Assembly (NCBI GenBank): GCA_040954595.2
Contig: CM082587.2
Coordinates: forward strand, 1,077,500 to 1,141,499
DNA length: 64,000 nucleotides
From: Balanoglossus misakiensis
Lineage: Eukaryota > Animalia > Hemichordata
Direction of reading: 5' to 3'
Part shown: positions 48,256 to 61,200 of the stretch, piece after piece
How the letters are laid out: each line of letters begins with the position of its first letter
Position numbering within the stretch: the first letter of the stretch is position 1
Notes under the pieces: generated by a model
Told to the model about the DNA's origin: nothing
Database searches by the model: none
The model's input: only the letters and a program-made list of their open reading frames with translations
Program-made: the position numbers and the translations under genes

Positions 48256-50169
48256 ATGCAACAAGGACCGTTGGTAGATGCACATTGTCGTAAGTAAATT
48301 TGATTCTGTCAGGAAACACCGAAATGTACATACATGTATATTGCACATTCAAGTTCCGGATCAGGGGTACGGTAGACGCCCCGAGTGTGTCGGGCGAGGC
48401 GAATGTAGTGTGGTTCGGCTCCGGGGAGGACGTCTGTCCGGGGGTCTGTCCTACGACCTTCCGAAGGCGGACTCTTTCGACATACTCGTACCAATCGTAT
48501 TCGCAGCTTGAATACTGATGTGGCTCCAGTTTTGTCCCAGTGACAAACCAGTTGCCATTTCAAGGCTTCATTCTTTCATTATTTTTCAATGGCAGACCTT
48601 TGGGATCTCCAGAAGTTGAACTATGTATGGCCAACAAAGGACCATCCCCCGTTATTCCGGAATTTCTATCCAGAAGACTTGGAAAAGGAAATGAAGGCAT
48701 CTTCAGTCAAAAATGTTATATTTGTACAAGTTGTAAATAATTCAATTGATGAAAACTGTAAGTCTGCATGGTGTTTTTAAAAACCAAAATCAGTTATCAT
48801 ATTAAAGACTGATAAAAGAAGGTCCCTCAATTTCTTAACCCGAACTAGTTTTCTCCATTTTAGTAAGAGAACTTACTGTGCTCTTATACAGCTAATCTGA
48901 TGAAACACAACCTTGATTATATTTGTTGAATATCATCATTTTGTTGTTTTCAGATTGGGTCTTTGACCTGGCTGAGAGACACAAATCCATAGTGGGTGTG
49001 GTGGGATGGGTAGACCTAACAAAACCAGAGATAGTAAGTCATGTTACATCACTACCATAGTAGGGTTCAAGGCAAGACACACACACATTCTTTATAATAC
49101 AGTGCTTGAAATCAGTCCAAGGCCATGTGAACTCACCTTTATAGATGATGATTATTCATAAGAAGATTCGTTGAACATTTACATATATATTTTGTATGAT
49201 TTAAATAATCCATCAGGTTGGAGACATTATCAGCAGGCTTCAGGAAAACCCTCTATTGGTTGGCTTCAGACACATCACAGAATTGGAGAAACCTGATTGG
49301 CTGCAACGTCCAGATGTTCAGAAAAGCCTGGCAATCATTCAAGAGAAGGGATTAACCTTTGACCTTCTAGTAAAGTAAGATTTTTGCAATGAAATGAACA
49401 GCAATTGTGATAAAACAGTACTCACAGAAAAAAACATAAGAATAGTGAAGTATTTTGTAAAAAAAAATTTTCTTTTACTTTTACAGACCACCTCTGACTT
49501 CATGGCTAGCACCACAGATAGCTGAAAAGTTTCCGAGACTCAAACTCATCATAGATCACATCGGTAAACCAAACATGAAAGATGGTGACATAAATAAACC
49601 AGATTTTCATATTTTAGAGTGGAAAGAGAGTATCATGAATGCTGCCAAACATCCCAATATGTATTGTAAACTGTAAGTTTATACATTGTCGCAATTGGTC
49701 ATTTGATGATTGGCTGCCGCTATGATCCTAGTTACCAGTACATCCTGGTATTTATGACCTATGACCTTACTAAACTTGAACTCCCCATCTTCAACAGATC
49801 AGGCTTGGTGACTGAGGCTGATTTAAACAACTGGAAACCAAGTGATTTGAAACCTTTTGTACAGGTAAAATAGCTTGAAATTGATTTCATTCATTCATGT
49901 GTCTTGGAAACTTACACAGTGTGATTCCTGTAATCCTACACGACATTGTCTATATTTTCTCCAAACAGTTTTGTCTCGAGCATTTTGGAGCAGATAGGTG
50001 TGTTTGGGGGAGTGACTACCCAGTGTACAAAATGGCAAATGCGAACTACGCCGATGTCTTCCATGCTCTTGAAGATTGTCTGGACGGATGCACAGATGAA
50101 CAGAAGATGGCCATCTTCGGTGCAAATGCCATGAAATTCTACAACATCAAAGTACCACTGAACAGATGA
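48256..50169 (+). CDS. amidohydrolase_2 family protein, L-fuconolactonase-like (COG3618-type), 7 exons
   Basis: LVDAHCHLWD (metal-site HxH), GVVGWVDL, LVGFRHI, GLTFDLLV, LIIDHIGKP, YCKLSGLVTEA, FGADRCVWGSDYPV. Exons: 48256-48289, 48596-48757, 48954-49032, 49217-49374, 49487-49672, 49798-49864, 49969-50169. Confidence 0.88.
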
Positions 50170-53100
50170 ATTTTAATACGCATGGTTGATTTGAATGTGA
50201 AAAGTACATTGTCAGAAATCTGACCAAACATTTTTTTGTCTTTGAAGACACTAAACAAATCGGCAGTACTCCATTGATGAAATTATTTCTAAAAATATTA
50301 TGATGTTCCTGAATGTTTTCGAATTCTAAGAATAATAAATGTTATATTGTTATCTTTTATCCAAGATACAGTGTGTATCTGTTGTGATTATATGTGTGTG
50401 GGATGATGGATGATCAGTGGATGGAAAAATGTTTCATGACGGCTGTTTTCCATGTCTGTATCTACTGCACTGGAATTAGACCCAACAACATAATAAATTC
50501 TAATCAGTCAAAAGGTTTATAAAAATGATCACAAGAGGTCGCTGTAATACACAAGTCGCCAAATCACATCAAATTTGATTTTTAACAAGGGGAATATCTG
50601 ATCTCTTGTCTAAAATAAGGCTTTATTTACCCGTACAATACACAGAGATAAGACAACAACAATATCTATCCACACCCAGAGATTACATACAAACAAAGAC
50701 CAACTTAAACCAACCCCAGTTTACCATACAGAAACAATAAAAAATTGAATAATCCACTATTTCCATTTATTTCCTGGGAAGGGGAGAGAAAATGTTACAG
50801 AAAATATCTAAGTATGAAGCGAAACACGTCTGAAATTCCCAATTTGTGTTTTAAAATAATACTGTCTTGACAAAAAAAAGTAATCATCAGGAACAGACAC
50901 TTGAAAGTACCCAGGAAATACAACCAATGTGAGAAACACTAAAAGAAGTCGACATCATTGGGTTTTTTTAACTTTTCGTATTTTTTTCACCACGCCCAAC
51001 AAAAGTATACAATGAGAAATCACAGTTGTTCTCCTCCATCTGTGATTTTTTTTAAAAACAAGTCACTTATTTACAATGGCTACAAAAATACTAATCTTCA
51101 TTAATTCAGAAATGTTCTAACCACTTCAGATCTATGAGTAAACATTTAATCGATAAATGCTGGCTATTTTCTGTCTGTTCCTTTGAAAATTATACATGAC
51201 AAATTTCTGCAATTGTCCAACTATATATATCTCAAATTTTTTTTTAATTCCAAATATCCAAATATTTGCAACAGTTGCTTTCACTTTCTATCTACAAACT
51301 TTTTCTGGTATGGGCAGTAGATCTACCATAAGTTTCATAAAGATTTGGGTACATCATTACTGCAAATCACCACTTGGGTAACTCTCTGCCTTGTCTCCAA
51401 CACTCATCTTGGACTTGACCTTTCAGAGCAGCATTGAACTGCGGTGAAATTTCCCAAAAGCCTTGGCTTGTTGATAACAGGATCAATATTTTGTTGGCAA
51501 ACAACATCTACACTCTCATTTAACTGGATAATTAAAGACAAATGTCTCCATTTGATTGGGCAACTTTTCATTTCACCACAGTTTGCACACCTTTGCTACA
51601 ATGTAGCAAAGATGCTGCATCTGATTGGTTAAAACCAAACCAGGTGGAGACAAGGCAGGCAGAGAAAACTCAAGTATCCATTTATCTGTATAACTCTCTA
51701 AAACACTTCAGTAACTGCAGCATATTATCTTCCATTTTTTTAATTTGAATTTTTTTAAATATTTTTTTTTATATCCTCTGATTAGATACAACATTTGGTT
51801 TTTTGAAGTAAAAATGAATAAGCTTTATGAATAGGCTTTCCCCTTTTTTATTCTTCACTACAACCATGACAACATGACAGAGGTTAAAAGTTTACCTGCA
51901 CCAGATATGTGCAGAGCATTTCCCCATTCCTACATTATGTAGAAATATGTCATGTGAACACAGGAAATGGGCAGTACACGATGTGGTGTTAGTGGCTGTG
52001 CAGCCAAGATGCTGTTTTGCAGAGTTTATTTTAGGGCACAAGAGCATTCTAGAGTCAGAGAAGAGTCTAAATTTGTGTACACCTGTGTTGCGTAGGTTAT
52101 CAACCCGTCTACAATTATAGTAACTGCACAGCCACACTGCTCTCTCATAATTACATGAGATCATACTCTCCTGGGTTATTAACAATCATGAAACTCCCTC
52201 CGAAACCAACCACAGCCTTGCCCATTTCCTTGTATATTCATTAACCTATATCCTACTGCCATACACAGGGCAAGACCAAAAGCGAAAAAGTTTAAAATCA
52301 AAGTGACATTGATGCAGCCTTAATCTACAACTAACATTGTCAATTGCAAAGCTCAAATAAAACAAAAAAAGACAAGTAGTAGAGGAATAATAGCAGAGAT
52401 ACAAACAAGCATTTCAGCTGCATTGAAATAAACAATCACTACAACAAGACTAAAGCTGCAAGTTATCTGTAGTAGCATTCACACTCATAGTACTGACACA
52501 GTGCAAAATAGACCTCTTCATGTATTTGTGCAACTGTCAGAGAAAAATAAGAATTAAGTCAGAAATTGTATGAAATAGTGCAAAAACCTGCATTTCATTT
52601 CATTTGAAACAAAGCACTTCATTTTCATTGATTTACACTTATTATTAAATGACACTATTGTACATTCTTAAATGCAAAACACTATCCAAGGCCAATTTGC
52701 ATCTATTCATATAAAAACTTCACATGTGCCATTCACATGCAAATATTACTCACATTTACCATTTCTATGCAAATAATTTTGCTACAATGTAGCAGAAACT
52801 TAATCTGCATATGAATAGACTTTCCTTCTGACCTTTGGTTATGAATAAAACAATATAACAGAGCCGTCTACAAAGTTCCTTCAATCAGCTTGAAACCATA
52901 TACTTTCATGTTTTACAAAATCTATTCAAAATTATGGGATTCTACTAAATAATTACGACTTTGAGGAAGAGACAATGAATATCGAGATCTGATGGATGAT
53001 ACACTGTAGTCAAAAAATCATTTCTGTTTGGTTATGACAAGACAACAAAGGGTATACAAGTTATTCGAAAATAATAACTCGGCAGCTGATTTGTGATATT

Positions 53101-54740
53101 ATGACTTCTGTCACATCTTGTCTGTTCTCGCTGAATTACACATAGTGAATTTATAATATATTATGAATTTATTGATATAGAACTAAATGGAGACTTTAGA
53201 AAACCATATGAAGAAATGATCAGATGTATCTTCCAAAAAATTTCATGACCACACGTAACATACAATGGATTGTCATAAAAATGGGAGATGGAAATGAGTA
53301 AACAATTTTTCGACAGTCAAAGTTGCTGGACATTTCTCAAAGTTGTTTAAAATGAGGTGAAACTGATAATTGTAAAATAACAACTTGTTTTAAATCCAGA
53401 CAGACTCTGAACAGAATCGATTTGTAAAAGAACAAAGGAACTGAGTCTACTTTGAGCAAAACTTTCGCAAGGTGATATATTTATATATATATATAGCAAT
53501 GGCTTCAATATTTAAACATATACAACAGAATAAAAGAATGCACTATTATTTTGATTCCTACTTTGCTACATTATACAAAGCATTACCTTAAAAAATGTAC
53601 CGCAATATTCTAACAAAGTTGATGAGGAAATGTTTGCGACGAATAGATTAATTAAGACATGTCCAGAAATTCACCAGCAGAAGGTTCACACAAAATCAAG
53701 GCAAAAATACAGAAAATACACATATAGTCTCTCTCCCCAAGTTGAGATACAGGACAATACAACAATAACCATTCACTGAATAATCAGTTGAAAAAAAGGC
53801 AATGCTAAAAAGATCTAGTATATTTTTGACATGATTTGATATCCACATAGACAATGGAACAAAATTCATTGTTTTTTTGCCTGTCACTGCATTTTCATGA
53901 AATCTCTAGACAAGTTTCTTCATCAACTAATCATCAATTAACTTCTTACTTACACTGAGGCGAACAACCTGCCACTCCCTGAAGAATTGAGACAAGATTT
54001 AAACAGGTAGATCTGTATCTTTCAAAAATAACTCAGGCACTTCATGTATCTACAATTGTAAACATGGCACTGAATCAAAGCTTTACCCAAAACTGGTCTA
54101 GACTTTCTACCTACAGAAAAACACCCTTTGAGCAAACATGATTATCTATTTTTCATTCACTTCGGTACTAAAAACCTTCTAAAGTTTTTAACCTAGCTAT
54201 GTGACCCAGCTCGAAATTATCTTGTCAAATTCTGTGAACACAAAACCGACCACAAATGTGACATTTTGGAAATAATCTTGCTTTTGCTGAAACTTTGGAG
54301 GAAATAAGTTTTATATCCAACGGAAGATGATGAGTTGGCATTCGGTCGAAGCTTTTATTCTAATCTACTGCACAGCTTGCTGAAGGTTCTATCTTCTACA
54401 AGATCCTGTCTCTTTTTATACACCGAGTTATTCCACTTGTAAATGTACTGAAACCAGAGTTATCTGAACCACTAACACAACACCCATTGCATTATTACTT
54501 GTCTAGTCAACCCCCTATCTTTTAATGAAAAAATCATGCGTGAAAGCATTCCACTAAAAAGGTTGGACCAAACCACGAGACTTGAGGGAGGGTAGCTTGC
54601 GGAAGGGTACAAAGAAAGTTATCTTTTTTTTAAGTATGGCACTGCATTTCACTGTGGCTTAAAGCCTTTAATGCTCTAGAATGATAATGTGTAACTGAGA
54701 ACTGTTTGAAATGAAAAATAAAAGAATAATCCATGTGATT

Positions 54741-57700
54741 TTAGTTGTTGCTCGGTGCCTCCAACATTTCCATTAAGAAGGTGTCGATCGGCGTATCTCC
54801 GATCAGCTTGAAGAAGAATAAATGTTCCAGACATTTGAGGCCGATAGATCGTAATGCTGGTAGACGCAGAAGCAATTTGGCAAATCGGCCAGGTTCATCT
54901 GGATAAGTCTTCCTGCAGTATTCTTCTAATGATGCGTAGACCTTCTCGCGCAGTTCCTCAACTTTCTGAATCGCTCCCAGATTCTTGGCATCTTAGCAAG
55001 AAGACAGCAAAAGGAATGAAAATTAGATTTTTCTGAGTAGATAACATCAGCACAAACACCATCTATTTTCCATATTTCTCAGAACATTGGTAAATGACTT
55101 GGGAACCCTGGTAACATTTCTGCTACCTATTAATATGGCTGCATGGAATACCAAGGGGAATCCCCAAAGCTGACTACATACCTGGATTGAACAAGACTAT
55201 TGCTCGAAGACATCCAAGCTCTGTCTTATCCATCTTCATTTCCCTCATTTTAGCCACGAGTTCCGTGAGTACCCGGTCAAAGATGGTGCCAACGCCAGCA
55301 CTGTGAGCGCTGTTTCGATGCACGTGAAGACCCGTGGCCAGTAAAATGCCATCTCTGACGGCAATGGAACGATGCGAAAATGCAGCAATGAGCAACTCAT
55401 TCCATCCTAAACCAGAACGAAGAACCAGCAGTGAGTGGAGAATACCTGAAATCTATATCTGGTTCAGCTTTGAGTCTATGTCAAGCTACTGATTGCCAAT
55501 TGGCCGATGGTAGCCAGGTTCTTTAATATCAAAGGTTACATCTATAAGTAACTGAGGTTACATGCATGAACTCTCATAAAAAATATGCCCCACAGGAAAT
55601 CAGCACGCACACAGTACTCACACTAAACATGACTATAATACCCTGAGTACAATTTGTGCATGTCACAATCAGAAACATTCTGAAATTTACTGCATAGAGA
55701 GTGAAACGGGAGCTAGACTGTTGGCCAAATAAACATATTTCATTTGTATATTCAGACGAGACAGACTGTGTCTGTGATATGAGTATAAAACAGACTGCAT
55801 GCCCATTTGGTACGTTACCTGCTCTAAGGAGGATAACTTGGTCATCTAAAGGTAATTCAGTGAAGTGTGGGATTCTCTTGGCCCATTCCACAAGAGTGAA
55901 TAACTGTTTGTCAGCAGCCTGACATATATTAGTGACCGGGTCATTCTGAAAAACAAGCAAACAAAAGTCTTATGATGTGTGGTCTTGGGATGAGCTTTTC
56001 TGGCAAACCAAGAGTTTTATTCACTATCTGTAACTTTTGGCTATTTTTTCAGTATTTTTATTCTGTGTACATATCATATCAACTATGGTTTCTTGTTCAG
56101 CTCCCTGCAGTAGAGTTAAATATATTCTCAAAACAGCCACCACGTACACAATTGACATTGTTATTGTTTTTAAATTGTATTCAAGTCTGGACTTGAATGT
56201 GTTTATCAATGTCAACAATAACAATCAACGGCACAAATATGCATGACTTGTTGACAAGCAGAAAACTCAAGCATGTTGGTATACTATAGGGAGGTGAACA
56301 AGAAAATGTATCGATATACAACACAAAAATACTATAAGAATAGCCAGAAGTTACAGATAATGGCCATTTAATAGATACTCATGGCAAAACTAGTGACATC
56401 ACTGTTCCTGTTCAACCTTTACCTTTACTGTTTGGCTGTACAAAGTTCATGTAGAGACTGAAGATTAAATCATTGAAGACATGCAGACTGCAGCCAGAGA
56501 TTAGATATAGATAATTCACTAAGACCATCTGTGATCCATTTTGTGCTTCACGGCACTTGTTTTGAACCAACTACCTGCGTACATTTTCAGTCGGGATAAT
56601 AATACTTTGATAGATTATTTATGTTGTTCTGCTAACTGATACATGCTGAATAATCAGTTGTTATAACTCGCACCCTGTCCATTTCAATCATGGTAGAATG
56701 GACAAGACTTACCGGTGTATCAACATAGGTATCTGTTTTGGGTTCCACAGCCAACTCTGCTTCAAGGATCTTCTCCACCGGCATATCATTGTTGGCATTG
56801 CTGGTACTCTCTACTTCACCGTCACCACCAGCTTTGTCTTTACGCTGGCGTTCTTCTTGTACAGCTGAAACAGCACACAGAGCTGATTTGTCATAAGCAT
56901 CAAAGCTTTCCAGGGTTTTGTTTGGAGCGGGCACAGTTTGTCAGAGAAACTAACTGATCTGGACGAAAGCAGGAGATGTCTGCAGCCATTTCTGGACTAC
57001 AGACAATTCTAACCTGACCACTGAAACAGTGGGTCCACTCAGTCAACATGATGTGCCACTCACTAAAGTCTCTCTGACATTTGACAATTTCTAGTGTTTC
57101 AAATTATACAATTTTAAAAACAGACCCACAGTTTCCAAAAATCACGTTTGTCTATTATGAGGAGGGAAAGTTTGATATGCCTCTAACAAGTATTTTGTGA
57201 ATCACAAGCTATATTTTAAACCAGAAATTCAATATAATTCCTGAAGCCTTAATTATAATAAGTAGAATTTATGACTAGCGTGACATTTAAGATGACAAAC
57301 TGACTGACATCAATTTCCTTCCAGATAATTATCAATTTACTCTTCGCTTTATTTCATTTCATTAAATGGACAATTACATTTTTTTATAGAAATCATTCTC
57401 CGATCATATGCAAGACATTTCACCAGAGACAGCATGACATTCTAGAATTGATAATCCCTTTCATCACCAACACAATTTTTGTCTTCAACAGAAAGGTTGG
57501 ATCCATTATTGTATAGAAACAGGGATGATAAGGTCACTGTATTCTCAAGAATGAACATGTCAAATGTTTGAATATGATCAGTGTCAATGCAGACTAATAA
57601 ATATTAATGAGGTATTCGTTGCATTAGATTGCAGCTGGACAATTTTACGGAGAGCGATATTGTCCTTGAACTCTAGATGACTGTGACAGTTCAACTGTAC

Positions 57701-58286
57701 TGTACTAGCAGAGATGAGATATCGTCATTGTAAATTTCAACACTGCAGAAAGTTAAGTACCGGTATATCTAAAGCAACATTGCTGGATTATCATAGCATA
57801 CCTCTTTATCTAAAGCTTAGGGATTCTGGGTAGACTATGGGCAGAGTTACAAGTACTGTTGGTGGTGGTGATGGATGAACACATTAATCTTTAAAAGTAA
57901 AAGATATCTCCTATGAAATCTTCAACAAAATTGGAAATTATTTGGGACATGGTGCGATTCAAAAGTGACAAGAATACAGTCCACAAATGAGCTAGCTCAC
58001 ACACACTGATATACTAGAACGCAATTTCTTCAAGATCCATTCAATCTTTTCTGATTACTTACACACATACAAAACAACAATAAGAATGACTTAGCAGAAC
58101 CAATACCTTCTCGTCTCATCCCCATAGCTATACATTTTTGGTAACGGCAATACTGACAACGATTTCTCTGTCGTTTATCCACGATGCAATTCTTCTCGTC
58201 TCTGCAGGCATAGTGCAGATCCTTCCTGACAGTACGTTTGAAAAAGCCTTTACATCCTTCACAACTGTAAACTCCGTAATGTTTGC
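54741..58286 (-). CDS. RXR: retinoid X receptor, 3' five exons (the start of the first zinc finger and the A/B region were not found and probably lie beyond the window)
   Basis: [24 protein letters not shown]...[22 protein letters not shown]; [31 protein letters not shown]...[36 protein letters not shown]...[19 protein letters not shown]. Exons: 58107-58286, 56713-56864, 55819-55945, 55181-55406, 54741-54991. Confidence 0.97.
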
Positions 58287-61200
58287 CTGTCAAAGAAACA
58301 GAGAACAAAACACTTCAAAATTAGAATACACACATATAGTGAAAACTTGCCAAAGCTAGGAGTTGGAAATATTATCCATTCTTTCATCAGCCGCAGTTCG
58401 GACGACACCCTCCCTTCAACAAATGGGGGCGCTATTCTCTGTCCCGAGATTGATGAGCTCGTATATCCACCCTACATCAAAGGTCATGCCTCTCAAGGTC
58501 GAATATTCCCTCCACCCTACGGAACTACCCACACATTTGTTTCATTTAAAATCTACCCAGACAAATATTAAAACAATGTTCTGGATAAATTTTAAATCTA
58601 TAGAACACCAGATGGAGGGAAAAGAGGTACATGTAATACAGTTGCACAGGAAATGATGCAGACTGTCAATTGTTGTTTTTTGGTGTGTTTTTATATCAGT
58701 CATACTCATAGAACCAGTTTGCTGCGTAACATTTACTCTCACGCAACTACAGTGTAAGTATAAACTTGCTCTTCTTTTTGACAGGGCCAAGAATAAGCAG
58801 AGAAGATACTGAGGCTATCTACACATACGATCAGACCAAGGAATGCATAGCTTCAGTATGCATGTCCCATACCAGTAGCTCACAAACACATTAAATACTA
58901 AATATAGACAGTCATTCATATAAAATCGACATTATTGTTCAATTGATTGTGAATCCCAGGCCCTGGATTGAATGAACAACATTCTCTGACATTCTATCCT
59001 CAGTGACCAGTTACATGTCTGAGTTGTGTGTACAAGACCCCGAGGGTTCAGAAGGTTAGCGCACTTTTGTATTCAATCATTTATAGAGAGCTTGCTGTCC
59101 TAGATTGACATATCAAAATGCAACCTTTGACCTCTGGTATTCCAATGGTCTCTGAAGTACAGGGACTGGGACTGGCTGTGTATGAAGCAGATCAGAGGCA
59201 CAGACAACTGATAGAAGGTCATCTGGACAACAAACAATGATACATCTGATACAGAACGAGTCTCTCTCAACCCCTCCATTCTGTAAAATCCACCATGTGT
59301 GTTCCTTTAATGTCGTTTAGAACCCTAAAGCATGTCACCCTGTTGCCATAGAAACTAGTATACTCATAATGGATGAGAATATCAAGACGGAGCCTTCATA
59401 GAACAAACATCCAGTCAGAATGGTTGGTGTACTTAGAGGATGGAAAAATGATATCGATAAAATCATTGTAAGCGCTACAGCAGAGCTGGATTGCAAATAT
59501 CCATCTGTTGGTTTAATACAAACATTACATTTCACCTTCTGATCCTGAGTTTTACACAAATGAATAAAACTTAAAGCATTGGCAGCAAGAAACATATTTC
59601 TACATTTAACATCAAACAACGCATTAAAATTTCAGACGCGCACATAGAGGTTCCATTGCTTACGGGTGTTGTTTTCAACACTTTATTTACTTGAGTACGT
59701 TTCACAGGTTTTTGCTGCAAACAGAAAGATCTGCTCCATGGAAAAAATAACCACTGAAAAAGAAAACTGATGGGAAGAAAATCAAAAGAACCGACGCAAT
59801 ACAGAAGTGATTGCTTTTGATAATGCTGTAGTAGATTTCTAGAATGCATCCTTGTAAGTATATAATCAGCTTTTACTATGGCTGCTAGAAATTCCGGCTC
59901 TGAGAAATCTCAAATCTGGAAAATTCATGCCTTTGAGACAAATGCATACATCAAACTAATCGTATTTTTGATGACAGGCAGAAAAAAAATCAGTGTTGTT
60001 GCAGTAAGATACATGAAATCAATAACAAGTCTGGTCATATTGAATTTCTATCAGATCCACCTCTATATGCTGCGTGAATAACAATATTTATGTAAAATGT
60101 GCAATGTTTCTTTCGATGTAATCTCCCACCATGTTGTTGCCATAAAATATCCCTATCCAACATTGGGTGCATTTCTGGCAATTCAGCCCATTTCGTCAGA
60201 AAACCTTATGGAAGTTTGAGATCTTAATGACGTAGTCCCTATAATCAAAAGAAGACCTGTCAACCAAATTTTATAAGGCTGAATCAAAATGCAGTGATAT
60301 GAACCAACATGAATACCACAGGGATTACAACAAAATGTCTATCTGAAACCACATAACACCCAAATTACCGGACACAGCCCTACTCTGAGACCTTGTATGA
60401 AATTAAGTTTTGCAACCTCAGAAATTCCAACCAATGATTTCTCATTATGCGGCAGCCATTTTGTCTACATGTCCGGCCAAAATGGCCGCCATGTGACATT
60501 AAATTCAATGATGTGGGGGTGTCAATATCTCTGAAGTCGGAAGATATCAGTCTTGCTATCGAATCTATTCAAGGATAACACAATTCCAATCTCTGAAATT
60601 AACACCACAGGCCAGTATTTGGAGTTGCCTGGCTGATAATTAGTTGAGTGAACACAGGTTCTGATGAAAAACAACAGATGGATGTACCTCCCAGATACTT
60701 TTACCCCTATACTGTACCACCCCAGTATCAAACAAACACCGACTCTAACACATACAATAATGATATTCACACCAACTTTCCATCTTGTCACTCACAGAAA
60801 CCTGTCAATTTATTTCACTGCTTCAGTGACTTTGACCTCGTGACACTTTCCACAAAATTCATTTCCAAAGATAATATCTGACCTACCTGCAGGGAAAGAC
60901 AAGAAAACAGTTTATCCCCAAGAGTGGATCTCTAGGTTGACAGACAATTAAATTTATATCGTGACTTGATTCCATCTATCTTGTGGAAATTACAGGGACC
61001 AATGTATAATATCCATTTTATACACGTAGTCAAACCTGTGTTAGTGTCCACGTCTATATCTCATAGTGGACACTAGTCTAAAACCACCATTTTACAGTCT
61101 CTACATTAAATTTAAGTCACTGAAAAATTTGACGTTGCCAAGAAATATTAGATTCTCATTCCAATGATACATTGACATCTTTCAATGATCGACATTTACA

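Noticed and set aside
48376-48410. HDV-like ribozyme (hairpin followed by GGCGAAUG)
   Set aside because: No matching P1/P2/P3/L3 elements could be built upstream.
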